From Podarcis tiliguerta (lineage: Eukaryota): a stretch of DNA of 64,000 bases. Shown here in pieces: positions 1-12,554 of the stretch. Both the position numbers and the translations under genes were made by a program. The notes beneath the pieces were generated by a model. The model was not told the DNA's origin and searched no databases. It was given only the letters and a program-made list of their open reading frames with translations. Positions within the stretch are counted from its first letter, which is position 1; the number at the start of each line of letters is the position of its first letter. Location of the stretch: the NCBI GenBank assembly GCA_965153285.1, contig OZ229116.1. One strand, written 5' to 3'.

Positions 1-788
1 AGAACTAAATCTAGAGGATGCTCTGGATCATAACACAGGTATTACACAGAAGTCTAAATACCTGCATTTTACAGTTGGATTCTATTTAATTTAAAAGTCA
101 GGTTATGTTACTTAACAGAGCAGGAGTTGCCGACATTTTTGGCCCTGTGGCTCATCTAGAAAGAGTGCTGTAGGTACTGTCCCTTCTGGTTGCTTTTTCA
201 CCCCTCTTCCTAGGTCAGACCTGCCCCCAACAGACAAAGTGAAAGAAAGCACATGCATACACACAGCCAAACATACTTTTCTTTTATGTATGAGTAAAAA
301 AATCAGATCCAGTAGAATTAAAACAGATCCTCTTGAATTTGTATGATTTTACCAAGGGTCCCTGAAAAACCACAATCAAATTAATGCTTACAGTAATACC
401 ACCAACAAATCACATAACACATCTATGTATACAGAGGCAACTTGTGATATGATGGGTACTTTTGAGGTAATCCCTGGTATAAATTATGAGGATCCATAAG
501 TATCAGTGTCTCAGATCCCTGGCAATGCTGGACAGCCCCAGATCCATGTCTTTTCCAGTTCAGTCAATAGAAAAGATGTGATCTCATCATGCACCTTGAC
601 CTACACAAAGACACATACCCAAGCCCTCTGGGACACTGTGAGCTACTCAGTTTACCCTTGCCTTCCATGTTGCTTGCTATATCAGCTTCCCAGTTAAATG
701 CCAATTAAATGCACTAAGATGTGAATTCTTAGGAAATAATATGTGACAGTAGATTTATTGCACACATTAACAGTCTCTTTACTTGCAG

Positions 789-836
789 AACCTTATTCAC
801 ATGACACAGAAAAGCAGGACTATGTGGATGAACATG
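789..836 (+). CDS. ASPH: ASPH internal micro-exon, acidic luminal region (EPYSHDTEKQDYVDEH)
   Basis: ttgcAG acceptor, GTATGT donor, 48 nt phase 1-1, acidic and open in frame with later ASPH exons. Confidence 0.7.
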
Positions 837-1489
837 GTATGTTGTGTGACTTTATAGCAACGCTGTGATTAAGAGCAGGACATTTGTTTTTATACTTTAG
901 TTGTAATATCGTTTGAAAGTCCTCACATTTATAACATGCTGCTGTAACAGTATGGCTGTACTGTGTGTTTAAATATTGCAATTATGGGTTGGAGTTGATC
1001 TCATGTCTTTCTCAGCTGATTAATGCCTGCATTTCTGGATTGGGTTGTGGGGAAAACTTTCACTACCCACATGTGTGGTATTTCTGTGTGACAACCATAT
1101 TTTACTGTGTATAGTGGCTGAACAGTTTTATATTTATATTATATCATTTTTATGATAATTTGCTATTGCTCACCTCTTGGATATTTTATGATTAAATTAT
1201 ATATGAATGGGTAAGTAAGTAAGTAAATAAATAAATATAATGTACATAAAATGTCACCTCAAAGAAGCAGCAGACAGCTTGGCTTGTGTGAAAGGGCCAT
1301 GGATGAATCAGTTTTTCTAGCTGTATTTTAAAGTTTTGAAAAACTGACAACGAAATGCAAATCATTCCTTGTGCCTAAGATTCCTTGTGCCTTACAAAAA
1401 TGCTAAGCTTTAATCAGCAACAAATAAGTCGTGTGTGTTATAGTGAAATATGTGATTGTTGGGGAACCTTTTCTTTCTCTGTCCCGAAC

Positions 1490-1720
1490 ATAAAATATTG
1501 CTCAGTGACAGAGAACTACCTTTGCATGCAAAAGGTCACTGATTTGATTACTCTCAGAGGTATGAGTGGAACCACCACAAAGCATCTCCCAAGACTCCTA
1601 AACCCCAAAGGCAGTCCAGAAAGAAACTGTGACTAATGGTATCAAAAGCTGCTGAGAGGTCAGGGAGAATCAACAGGGTTGAATTTCCCCTACAAATTTC
1701 TCCTGACAAAGGTCATTTTT
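1490..1720 (-). mobile_element. L2 LINE RT relic
   Basis: - strand translates LLILPDLSAAFDTI around 1636-1678. Confidence 0.6.
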
Positions 1721-2489
1721 AAAATTTATTTTTATTTATTCACAACATAAATCTCAAAATTGATCTGGATAAGCAAATTTTGATTCCAAAACCAAGTCTG
1801 AAACTGGATTGAAATGTGCCTAGATAATCAGTTTCAGTTGATCATGCTTGAAGCTGTCCTACCCTACCTTCTCAAGCAACTTGCCCCCAAAGCAGATACT
1901 TTCTTCTTCCCTCTCTCTGTCCATGTTTACTCAGCAGCAAGGCCTGTTGCCTTCAGTAGCTTTATCTCTAGTAAGTGTGCTTAGGGTTGCAATCTTAGTT
2001 TCTATCCCTTTCCTCCATCTGATCCACCTATCTGAAGGGGCCCTCTACAAGCTTTGCCAGCCCATTGAGATCTTCTTGATTCAGGCACTAAGAACTATTT
2101 GATGATGTCCTAGTGTTTGAAAACACCAGGCCATAGTTTCTGGAGTGTCCAGTGCTGTTCAACACTAGAGAAGGGGGCATTCTAGTCACCATAAATTTGT
2201 GAGTGCATCTCCCCCTCTCAGTGTGCTTTCAACTTCATTTGAGATCCCTACTCTTACCCAGGCAGCTAGTCCACGTCACTACAACTTGTGTGTGTGTGTG
2301 TGATTAAGTGTGTATGATTAAGACAAACTGCTTTGCATATCACAGTCCTTTAAAAACTTAGGTATTAAAGTCTTTATCTAGCATATATGCTAATTAATCT
2401 GACATAAAGAAATTGTGATTTTGTTACTTTTTTCTTTATTAACTCATAACCATTCCAGTTTTAAAATTTTAATTATGTATTTTTTTTAG

Positions 2490-2528
2490 AATTGGAAAAT
2501 GAAGAATTTATTGAAGCTCAGAATACAG
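2490..2528 (+). CDS. ASPH: ASPH internal micro-exon (ELENEEFIEAQNT)
   Basis: poly-T + AG acceptor, GTAAAT donor, 39 nt phase 1-1, acidic. Confidence 0.7.
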
Positions 2529-3696
2529 GTAAATTGACTGTGACTATGAAAAATAATGACTTGGCAGTAATGGTTTTCCTTACTGTTTCTTTGCTGTTTT
2601 AGCGCGCACACTGAGCAAGTCATGTCCTGCATGAGTTACGTATAGGTGAACTAAAGATATATATCTAATGAGTTATTCTGCACTTTTGAACATATAAATA
2701 GTAGCAAATTATGTCTTTGCTTTGTAACCGAACTGACAGCAAGAAAAGTTCTCTTCTCAAACAGGCATGGGGAAATGGATCTAAACAGTTCTCTACCTTT
2801 GTCATTGCAGACAAAGTTGCTACAGTGACATTGGGTGACATTTTTTGCCCACATGGTCTTGCAGAGCCCATTGCAAAGCTGAGCTCAGGCTTTTACCTGC
2901 TGCATTTCTTATATATAATATCAAGTATAGGGTAGATGGGTATGGCTGGGCCAAATAGGGAGCTCTGGCAGCCTAATGTAGAGGCCTGGCGGGCATAATT
3001 AGGCCTGGAGGCTATATAGAATCATAGAATTGTAGGGTTCCCCAGGCCTGTCCTAGAAGCTGAAAGAATCTGCAATTTCAGGAAAAACTGAATGCTGTCA
3101 GCACGAGTCTGGTTAGTGATAGACATTGATTCCTCTGATGCAACTCCTATAATTGATACTCTCTAAGGGTCTAGCTACACATTATGGATAAACATGTAGA
3201 AAAGAACCCTAAAGACAGGTTTTGTATCTTTTTTCCCTTTTGTTGTTGTTGACAAAATGCAGCCTTGGGTGGCTTCTCTACTCCACCAATCTATTCTGTA
3301 CCCAGACCCCTGAGTTCCAACCACATTTTTGTGAAAGTCTGGAGTCATTCTCTTTAATTTACATAGCATGGACCTGGATTCTTTTTTTTCTTAATCAGAG
3401 AGGCCTGCAGCAATATTTTGTTGGTTTCATAAAATTTATATACCATTTTACTGTAGAAAAGACTCACCTCGAAGTGGTTTTAAAAAAGATAAAACCATAA
3501 AATTATCACTTTTTACAACCATAATTTAAAACATACAGAAAGTTAAAACCACAATAAAATAGATTAAAACAAATAAAAACTCATACTGACTTTCGAAACA
3601 TCTGGCTAGGTTTATCTAAATAAGAATGTTTTCAGCAGGTGCAAAAAAAGAATACATTTTCTTGTGAACTATATTACAACATTGTTCTCTTTTCAG

Positions 3697-3738
3697 ATGG
3701 AGAACTGTTATCTGAACATTATTATGAAAATATGCAAG
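3697..3738 (+). CDS. ASPH: ASPH internal micro-exon (DGELLSEHYYENMQ)
   Basis: ttctcttttcAG acceptor, GTAAGC donor, 42 nt phase 1-1. Confidence 0.75.
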
Positions 3739-4028
3739 GTAAGCATATATTCATTTTATCACCATTTATCTATAAATGAATATATTCATTTATTAACTAG
3801 GGGTGGTGGTGGTGAGAAGAATTATGCTGCAAAACTAATGCTTATTGCTGGATTAAATAAACACGCCCATCTTAGCAGCAGCTGCAATGTTGGCCTCTCA
3901 AGTCCGCTTGAAATATGAAAACAATGTTGTAGAAACAGCACAGCCAAATAGGAAATGTGGGGCCTTTATTTCTGCCTTATCAATGTGATTATTGTATTTT
4001 TATTATTTGCTGTACGTTGTGTACAGTA

Positions 4029-4395
4029 CAGTGGTGCCCCGCAAGACGAATGCCTCGCAAGACGGAAAACCCGCAAGACGAAAGGGTTTTCCGTTTTCAG
4101 AGGTGCTTCGCAGGACGAATTTCCCTATGGGCTTGCTTCGCAAGACGAAAATGTCTTGCGAATCTTGAGGTTTTTTTTCGCTCCCCAACCCCTTTTTCTA
4201 AAGCGCTAAGCTGCTAATAGCCTTTTAGCAGCTAATCCGCTAATCCCTTAAGCCTTTAATAGCCGTTAATAGCCCTTAAACTGCTAATAGCACTAATAGC
4301 GCTAATCCGCTAATGGGCTTGCTTCGCAAGACGAAAAAACCGCAAGACGAAGAGACTCGCGGAACGGATTCTTTTCGTCTTGCGAGGCACCACTG
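4029..4395. mobile_element. Tigger/pogo-type MITE family A
   Basis: TIR CAGTGGTGCC(C/T)CGCAAGACG, TA flanks, repeated internal GCAAGACGAA. Confidence 0.85.
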
Positions 4396-4742
4396 TATCT
4401 ACATTGTAGGGAGGCACAGTCAGTCATGGATTCCTGTATGCATACACAAAGAGAAATACAGAAGTGTGCATATGATGACCAATCCACATCTAACTTTATT
4501 TTTTCCTAAACAGCAATACTTTCCACATAGGCATTTTGTCACATTTGAAGGGATTTTCAGTCGTGTTGTCTGAATAGGTATTTTGAAGCCTGAGAACTAA
4601 AGTGTAAGGTTTCTTTCTCCTGCTTATAAAGGTCCTAGCTCTGTCTTAAATTACAGTTTGTGTAAACATTACTCTTTATATTGTTAGTTTTGGTCTTATA
4701 AAGGCTGTGATTTATTTATTATATGTATTATATATCTAACAG

Positions 4743-4775
4743 AGCCAATTGAGAGCACTGATCAAACACATGAAA
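4743..4775 (+). CDS. ASPH: ASPH internal micro-exon (EPIESTDQTHE)
   Basis: ctaacAG acceptor, GTGAGT donor, 33 nt phase 1-1. Confidence 0.65.
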
Positions 4776-4952
4776 GTGAGTATAAAAAAATGGTTCATTC
4801 CATCTTATTAGGAATCAGTCCTAAGAATCCTTTTTAAATCAAAAGCGTATGATTTCAAGATTTCTATAAATTCCCAATATTTGTGTATAATTATCTTTAT
4901 AAATTAGCAGCTTAATGATAATCATAATCATTATCACCATTATAATTATTAA

Positions 4953-5215
4953 AGAACATAAGAAAAGCCTGCTTCTACTGGATCAGGCCAATGGCCCATC
5001 TAGTCCAGCATCCTCTTCTCATCATCATCATCATCAAACCTTTATTGGCATCACATACAAACATTCAGAATAAATAGGCCAGTGCGATCTCATCACCATT
5101 TCAGCAGTACAGTCATTTGCCAAAGGGAAGAAGAGGTGAGCAATCTATTATCCTCTTCTCACAATGGCCAGCCAGATGCCTTTGGGAAACCCACAAGCAT
5201 GATTCAAGCACAATA
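4953..5215 (-). mobile_element. old CR1-type 3' end interrupted by a 128-bp retroposon (5022-5149)
   Basis: AAGAACATAAGAA tail; 12-bp TSD ATCCTCTTCTCA at 5010 and 5150. Confidence 0.65.
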
Positions 5216-5575
5216 GTCCCATTTTAGGATGTTGCAAATCCACAAGGTATCTTTTAGAGCTAAAAGCTCTTTCAGCAGTACTCAGTTGCCAGGATCCAAT
5301 TTGTTATAATGTCATTTTGTCTTTGACCTGTTTCTTCTTTTCTCAAAAGTATGTCAGTTTAATAATTAAAGCAAATTCCCATACCTTACCTATCCACTCA
5401 TTAGTAATGGCTGCTACTTAGGCCCTCCATTTCTGTGCAAACATTATTTGTCCTGCAGCTGTCATATAAGGGAATAATTGTGTGTGCTCTTTCTTTGTGA
5501 GGTGTTGTTTTTGTTAGTTTAATTCGGTTGCTACTCTAACAGCATGTTATCTAATTCATTTTTATGTGCCCATAG

Positions 5576-5620
5576 ATGAAGCAGATGTTCCACATTCTGC
5601 TACTGAACAAATTCAGTCAG
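5576..5620 (+). CDS. ASPH: ASPH internal micro-exon (NEADVPHSATEQIQS)
   Basis: catAG acceptor, CAG|GTACGT donor, 45 nt phase 1-1. Confidence 0.7.
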
Positions 5621-7374
5621 GTACGTTTGCATGAATTAACCAAGGTGGGAGAAACTAATTTGAGTATAACTTTTATTAAGGTTATTTTTCTCTAATGCAT
5701 GAAAGCACTTTTTACCTGCTGTTCATGTGTGGAATAAAAGGAATACTGGTCAGAGAACTGCTGAGAAACTTCATTGTACAAGATGATGGTTTTTAACCAC
5801 TGAATGTATTGATAAAAATTTAGACATCTGGATCTTAAAAGCTCTGAATGTATTTATATACTACATATTTGCATGTCACTTTGACATTTGCTTCTATGAA
5901 TTAAAATAATCACAAATCAGTGTGGACTCATAAGGTGTCCTGTGAGAAGTGCTGAGAAATGTATTAAGGCTATTTTTGCTAGTAAGTCTTTGCTGTCCTG
6001 GGAAAAGTGAATATTAAGTTTCTCTGTCAGGAGGAAATAGAAGAGATCAAACCTGTCCCCCATTTTTAAAGCTACCTGTCTCAAGTGTGGCAAGGAAGGT
6101 TACTAGGATATTTGTGAACCTGATTTCCCTTTGCCTTCTCTTACCATATAACATAGCCATCTAGACTCTGAATTATGCTGAGAGCAGGGATTCATACTGG
6201 AATTCAAGAATGACCACCTACATAGTGGCTGTGGAGGGTGCAATCAAAAGTAGGAAAAGGACTCTTTGCCACCTCTCTTTTTACCCTGCAACAGGCTCCT
6301 CTCGCCCATTTTTTTACCCAGCCATGTTTCTAGATGTGCGTGTATGTCACTGGGGAAAAGCAACAAGTGGGAAGAAAGTTAATCACTCCATTGTACCCAC
6401 CATTTTACTGTTTCAAATAACACCCCCCCCACCCCTGCTGCTTTGCAGTTATTTTGTGGAGACCCAGGTCACTCCTAAATGTGAAGTTCCAGCTGAAGTT
6501 GAGGATTCTGTGAACTAATTGGTCAGCTACCTATCTTCCTTGAGCTTTTTGGTTCCTGGATGTCTGCTGGGCATTCCTCTGTTGTATTTGATCTCATACT
6601 CCATAATTAGGGAAAATCACAGAGTCCACTCTACCAGCCAGCTTAGCAATTTTGTTTTGACATCCTCTGCACTTGAACATGCTTTAGTACAGCCTTTTTT
6701 TGTCTTATGGAAGCTCACTATTTCAAAGTTACTTTAAGGAGACATGCATGGATATCACTGGAAGAGGGTATACATCTTTAAGAATGGAGTACACTGCCAA
6801 ACCGTAGCTGTTATGTTGAATCTGCGCTGCCTTTGGAACAAACATATGTTTGTTTTTAAGGACTCAAGTGTTGGTATATGACTCCATTAAACCACTCATT
6901 TTCTTTGGTTTGCTCATTTCGGAACTCAAAACTATTTTAAAGAAAATACTGTAGCTGAAATATCCAGCTATGATAGCTCAAAGCTCATATTTAGATATTT
7001 GGCTTAAAAAATAAGAGAGTATTTTATGATGTATGTCTTAAAAATAAAATGCTTGGGGAAAATTAGAGGGAAGAGAATGCTGTATTTTATATCCGTGTCA
7101 CACACTTATGCTGTAATGTACAATTTGACAACCTATGTGCTCTGTATCATCCTTAAAGTTCATACAACCATTGCTGATTTTTAAAAAAGAATTTAAGCTT
7201 GCATTTATCTTATTTCTTTAATTATGTCTGTATAACTACAAAATCAGCCTGAATATATTTTGGTTTATATAAAATGTATCAATTTGTTTAGTAGAAAGTA
7301 TTATTAGTAATAATAATAATAGCTCAGGCATACACAGTATAAGATAACATGTTTTTCCAACTTGTTAACTGTAG

Positions 7375-7425
7375 ATGACAGAGAACATACAGAAGATCAT
7401 GTGACTGCTCAACCCCATGAGACAG
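7375..7425 (+). CDS. ASPH: ASPH internal micro-exon (DDREHTEDHVTAQPHET)
   Basis: tgtAG acceptor, CAG|GTTTGT donor, 51 nt phase 1-1. Confidence 0.7.
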
Positions 7426-7543
7426 GTTTGTACATTATTTTGTCATACTATGCTAAAACCTGTTTATGTAATGGTGCTTCTGAGTGTGCCCAGAATTGTT
7501 CACCAGGGCACATAATTTTTCTGATTACTTCTGTTACAATATA

Positions 7544-7806
7544 CAGTGGTGCCTCGCAAGACGAAATTAATTCGTTCTGTGAGTTTTTTCGTTCTGCGAA
7601 CTTTTTCGTCTTGCGAAGCACCGCTGTGTATTGACGGTTTCCCATAGGAATGCATTGGTGGTTTTAAAAAAAAGGCGCAAGACGTTTCGTCTTGCGAAGC
7701 AAGCCCATAGGGAAATCCGTCTTATGAAGCAACTCAGAAAACGAAAAAATCTTTCGTCTTGCGAGTTTTTCGTCTTCCGAGGTATTCGTCTTGTGAGGTA
7801 CCACTG
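7544..7806. mobile_element. Tigger/pogo-type MITE family A
   Basis: CAGTGGTGCCTCGCAAGACG ... CGTCTTGTGAGGTACCACTG, TA flanks. Confidence 0.85.
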
Positions 7807-8615
7807 TATAACAATATGTCGTGAGCAGAACTATTTTATTAATTCAGTTTCTTAGAAACTGAAATGCACATCGTAGTTCATTAGCCTATATTCATTTATC
7901 TACTTATTTATTTTAACATAAATTAAAACCTTTTAAAAATGTTTTTAAAAGGCAGCCCTAACTTGGGGTCACCTGGCTCCTGGGATGATTATAGTGCCAG
8001 AGCCCATTCTACATTCAAAGTTCTACTAGTTCCACCCATCCAGGGCAAAGGGCAAAAAGCTCTGGGGTTTTGGGTTGTTTTTTGCTTTGCTGTGCCAGCT
8101 CAAGCTGGCTCCTCACCTGACAGTGGGCTGGCTTAGGTTCTAGCAAATCCTTGGCCAAGGCTTTTTTAAAAAAATCCCTACTCTGCCCAGTTTTGAGGCC
8201 ATGCATGGGTTATCAGTGGTGGGAACACTCCTATTGGTAGCTTTCCAGCTGTACATACAACAGGCACAGTGGTGACTTCTGTGATGATGGAGCTCTTACT
8301 CCAGCAGAGCCAGTGGATGTGGCACCTCCAACTAGTCCTTGGGTTAGGATATCCCCTTAGATATCAGGGCAGTGTACAAAATAACTTGATACAGTAGAGT
8401 GTTAACGGATGCCCATTTCTATAGCCTAGTCTAGCAGAGCGGTCAGACTATCCCCTTTGAAGTTACCATTTCAGCAAACCCAACTAACTTTTCCAAGGAA
8501 AACAATAATGGTTAAAGAAAGTGAATAAGCAGCAATTTACTAAGAGTGTAGTTATCATTTCTCATACATATGTGTAGATAGATAGATAGATAGATTAGAT
8601 AGATAGATAGATAGA

Positions 8616-8858
8616 TAGTCGTACCTTGGTTGCCTTGCGACTTGAACGTTTTGGGTCCTGAACACCACAAACTCGGAAGTGAGTGTTCTGGTTTGCAAAC
8701 GTTCTTTGGAACCCAAACGTCCAACACAGCTTCCGTGGCTTCCGATTGGCTGCAGAAGCTTCCAGCAGCCAATCAGAAAACATGCCTTGGTTTCCGAATG
8801 TTTTGGAAGTTGAACAGACTTCCGGAACTGATTCCATTCGACTTCCGAGGTACCACTG
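8616..8858. mobile_element. Tigger/pogo-type MITE family C next to a (GATA)n microsatellite
   Basis: right TIR GAGGTACCACTG|TA; degenerate left TIR TAGTCGTACCTTGG; internal GATTGGCTG..CAGCCAATC palindrome. Confidence 0.7.
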
Positions 8859-11336
8859 TATATATATATGTGCAACACATCAATCCTTTGTAAATAGTGT
8901 GGTATGCAACATTAAAGACAAAGCAGGTAACAATGAATACATTAATCTTTGCGCAAGGCTTGATTTTTGGCCGTCTAAGGGCCATTTTTAAGTGACAAAG
9001 TTACTAAACTTTGTGAGAGCCTGCTGTGCAGCTTGATTATCATATTTAGTAATTTTACACACACCTACAGCCAAATAAAGTGTCATGGAACCTCTTTCAC
9101 TTGGAATGTGTCAAGTTAGTGGAAATTCCATCTGAACAAAATACTCAGAACACTCAGCTGGTGGAGGCACAGTATTTGATAGGAAACCAGTTGGGGGGGG
9201 GGTTGTCTTCAGTGCAGCACAATCCATCACCACTGCATTATCTAATCTCAAATAATCCTTTGACAGGATCAAATACCCTGTTTTATAGTCTTTTCTGCTT
9301 TACTACACTGGCTTTATCCACTGCTCCATCTTTTTTTCTTCATCCAGCATTTTATATTATGCAAGTATTTATAGCATTTAGACAGAAGAACATGGATATG
9401 GTACAACTCAGTAACCAATCACAGGACATCACTACAGTATATAAACCTCAGACACGGAGATCACTGCTCAGTTCTGTTACATTATTGAAGAAAAGGAATT
9501 GGAATGTGACATTTAAACTAATTCTATCCAATTCTTTGAAAAATCCAATAAAGGTGTAGAGTTACTCACATCCATAATAAATGTCTTCTCAAGCCCTGTC
9601 TCTGGCATTGTGAGAAGAAAGCTTCAGCTATACATATCTCTATCGCAGAGTTTGTTTATAACCATCAAGGAGATGCATGTGGTGACTGCTACTGCTATCT
9701 GGAAGTCTCTGGCTCACATGGGTAACAGCAACACAACAGAAAAGGTCATATGTTGATATTTGACCTTATGAAAGCTTCTGAGTCGGGTTTCTTTTCTGTT
9801 CAGGGCAAAAAAGGGACTTTGCAACCACTGCTGTATCTTGCTCATATCACAGACCCACCATGTGTTGTGTCTGCTTTGCCTTCACCTTGCTTTATCTAGT
9901 ATTGCCTTACTCCCAGAATGTGGTATCATAACTTGGCAGGATCTGGATTCAGGAACACGTTGCAGGCAATAGAGACCTGTAGCCTGCAACTTGGAATAAA
10001 CAGTCAGCTTTCCAGGTACATCTTCAGTCAAATGGAGTTGACAGAAAGGCACAAGTCTAAACTTCCTGGCAAAGAGGGACATGAACTTTTGATGTGAAAG
10101 ATTGCCAGCAATACATCTGCCATGACTGCTTATCAACACCAAATGTGGGAGAAATTTGATTTTGTATTTCATGCCTCTCACACACTAAACTGATACTTTG
10201 CATCCCATAAAATGATGACATTAGATTAGCACCAAAGCATTATTACAGGTGCTAACATTTCCATTTCCATCCCCAGTATGTTTTTAGTGAGTCAGAATGA
10301 GTAAATACAAAGGGATTTGATCACAGCTGCAAATTTCCAGATTCTTAAGTGGTAGATGGAAATATTCATAGCTTTGGGCTTCGGTAAAGCACATTGCTTT
10401 CTGCTTCTTTTTAGTTTTTATTTCAGCATTTAACCCTACTTTTTGTTTTTGGGGAAATGGAATATTCTCAAAACTATTCCAAGGCACAATTGAGATAATA
10501 AAAGTCCTTGCCTGCAGGGCTCAGGTTAAATTTTAAAAGAGCAGTATGGAAAAAATACCTCTGAGTCCCAGTTTTGGTGAGAGTGCCTTTGTGTGCAGTT
10601 CATGCTTTTGGGCATCTCATAGGCATCTGGTTGGTTACTACAACAAAAGAATGCTTGGCTACATGAGCTTGATCCATCTGGCATTTCTAAAGAAAAGTCA
10701 GTGGTGGACTAATGAGTAGCATGTGGTAAATACTCTAGAAATAAATGCTGCTGCTGCTAAGATGTGGGGATCATCAGGTAACATTAGATTTGCAGATATG
10801 GTGAACTCATGGATGATTGCAAGGGAAGTAGGAAAGTCTACAGAAGTGCCATAATCATCAGAGTTCCAGTTTTCATTGACTAAAAAAGAAGGCTACCCAT
10901 TGTTGAACCAGAGATACGAGGCAAAATATGTAAGCACTGTTTTCCTTGTTTTGTAAACTAGCATGATTGTCAGTGAATGAAGTCATAGCAATGAGTGGCA
11001 TTAAGAAAACAGATCTAACCAACATGGTATCCTCATATGTTGTTTGACTGCAATTCCTATCAGCTGCAGCCAGCATGCCAAATAGTTGAGAATGGTGGGA
11101 GTAATTGTCCAGCAACATCTGGAGGATACTACGTTGACTAATCCTGGGCTAGAGTCTAGTGAAGAAACTTGTTGGTTGGTTTTTAAGGCTTCTATGATGT
11201 AAAAAATGATTGCTGCTTCATAGAGAGCCATTCATGTATCCAGGATTTTAGTGTAGCTGAGTTTGGGTAGTCAACTCAAAAAGAAAAGATAGCAACAAAG
11301 AGGAGTTTGTGATCTTTCTAACTCAGGTTTTATTTA

Positions 11337-12256
11337 CCGTATTTTTGCACCATAACACTCACTTTTTTCCTCCTAGAAAGTAAGGGGAAATGTCTGTGTG
11401 TGTTATGGAGCGAATGCCTACGGATGGCGGGGGGATCTGCTGCAGTCGTGAGCAGAGGATCCATGGTTCCCCTTCCTTCCCTCCTCCGTGGCTTGCTTTG
11501 AAACAGCAAAGCGGGAGAAGAGCTGCTGAGGAGAGAGACAGAGAGCCTGCTTGCTTTAAAGGAGCAAAGCAGGAGAGGAGAGGAGAGGTTGGCTCCTGTC
11601 CGGTTGGCTCCTTTAAAGCAAGCAGGCTCTCTGTCCCTCTCTCCTCCCCACTCGCTAAATAGCAGCAAATATTTTTCAAGCAGGCTCTCTGTCTCTCTCT
11701 CCTCCCCACTCGCTAAATAGCAGCAAAGATTTTTCAAGCAGGCTCTCTGTCTCTCACTCCTCCCCACTCCTCTTATAACAGCCTTCTCCTCTTATACCCC
11801 TCTTCTGCATTATTAACAGCATCCTTCTCCACTCACCCCACGCGTGTCCCTTGTCCCTTGAGTGCTTTTCCTTCCCTCCCCACTTAAAACATGGTTACAA
11901 AGCACGGATCCACAAGGATCCTCAGGATTTTTGCACTGGGTCACCCCAAATTCCCCATCAGATGACATAGCATGTCCATGGCTACAGCTTGCACCCAAAA
12001 AACCACGCACCCACTGTTGCCTGGGGCCGTAGTGGTGCAAAAACGTGGTTACAAAGCACGGATCCACATGGATCCTCAGGATTTTTGCATTGGGCTACCC
12101 CAAACTTACCGTCAGATCACATGTCTGTGGCCACAGCATGAACCACAAAAATCATACATCCACTGTTTCGTTTAGAATATTATTTTTCTTGTTTTCCTCC
12201 TCTAAAAACTATGTGCGTGTTATGGTTGGGAGCGTGTTATAGAGCGAAAAATACGG
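11337..12256. mobile_element. non-autonomous Tc1/mariner (Tc2-like) DNA transposon
   Basis: TA|CCGTATTTTTGCACCATAACAC ... GTGTTATAGAGCGAAAAATACGG|TA; no transposase ORF. Confidence 0.8.
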
Positions 12257-12497
12257 TAATACCGAAAAAGTGCCCCTTCCCATTTGTCAACACTAAAAAA
12301 GAAATCTCAATGCAGCTAAAACCTATCGTTATTTTATCCTTACTGCAAGCCGGGGGAGGGGACGCAGAACACTATGGCTGAGTGTATGCACAATGTAATC
12401 CAGTGTTTATATCAATATGCTGAAAAGTATGGGGAGTTATAGTACTTTATAACAACCCTGAAATATAGACCTTTGTTGTTACTCTGACGTGCTGGTG

Positions 12498-12550
<53 letters not shown>
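12498..12550. repeat. compound (GT)n(GA)n microsatellite
   Basis: direct inspection. Confidence 0.9.

Positions 12551-12554
<4 letters not shown>

Noticed and set aside
2603-2645. possible extra ASPH micro-exon after ttttAG
   Set aside because: In-frame TGA in phase 1 and non-acidic peptide.
4029-4395. CRISPR-like repeated GCAAGACGAA motif
   Set aside because: Irregular spacing and both orientations, inside a TA-flanked MITE in a vertebrate genome; no cas genes.
9120-9172. possible ASPH micro-exon VEIPSEQNTQNTQL within ORF 9080-9559
   Set aside because: Weak acceptor and no phase-1 donor found; cannot be supported without transcripts.
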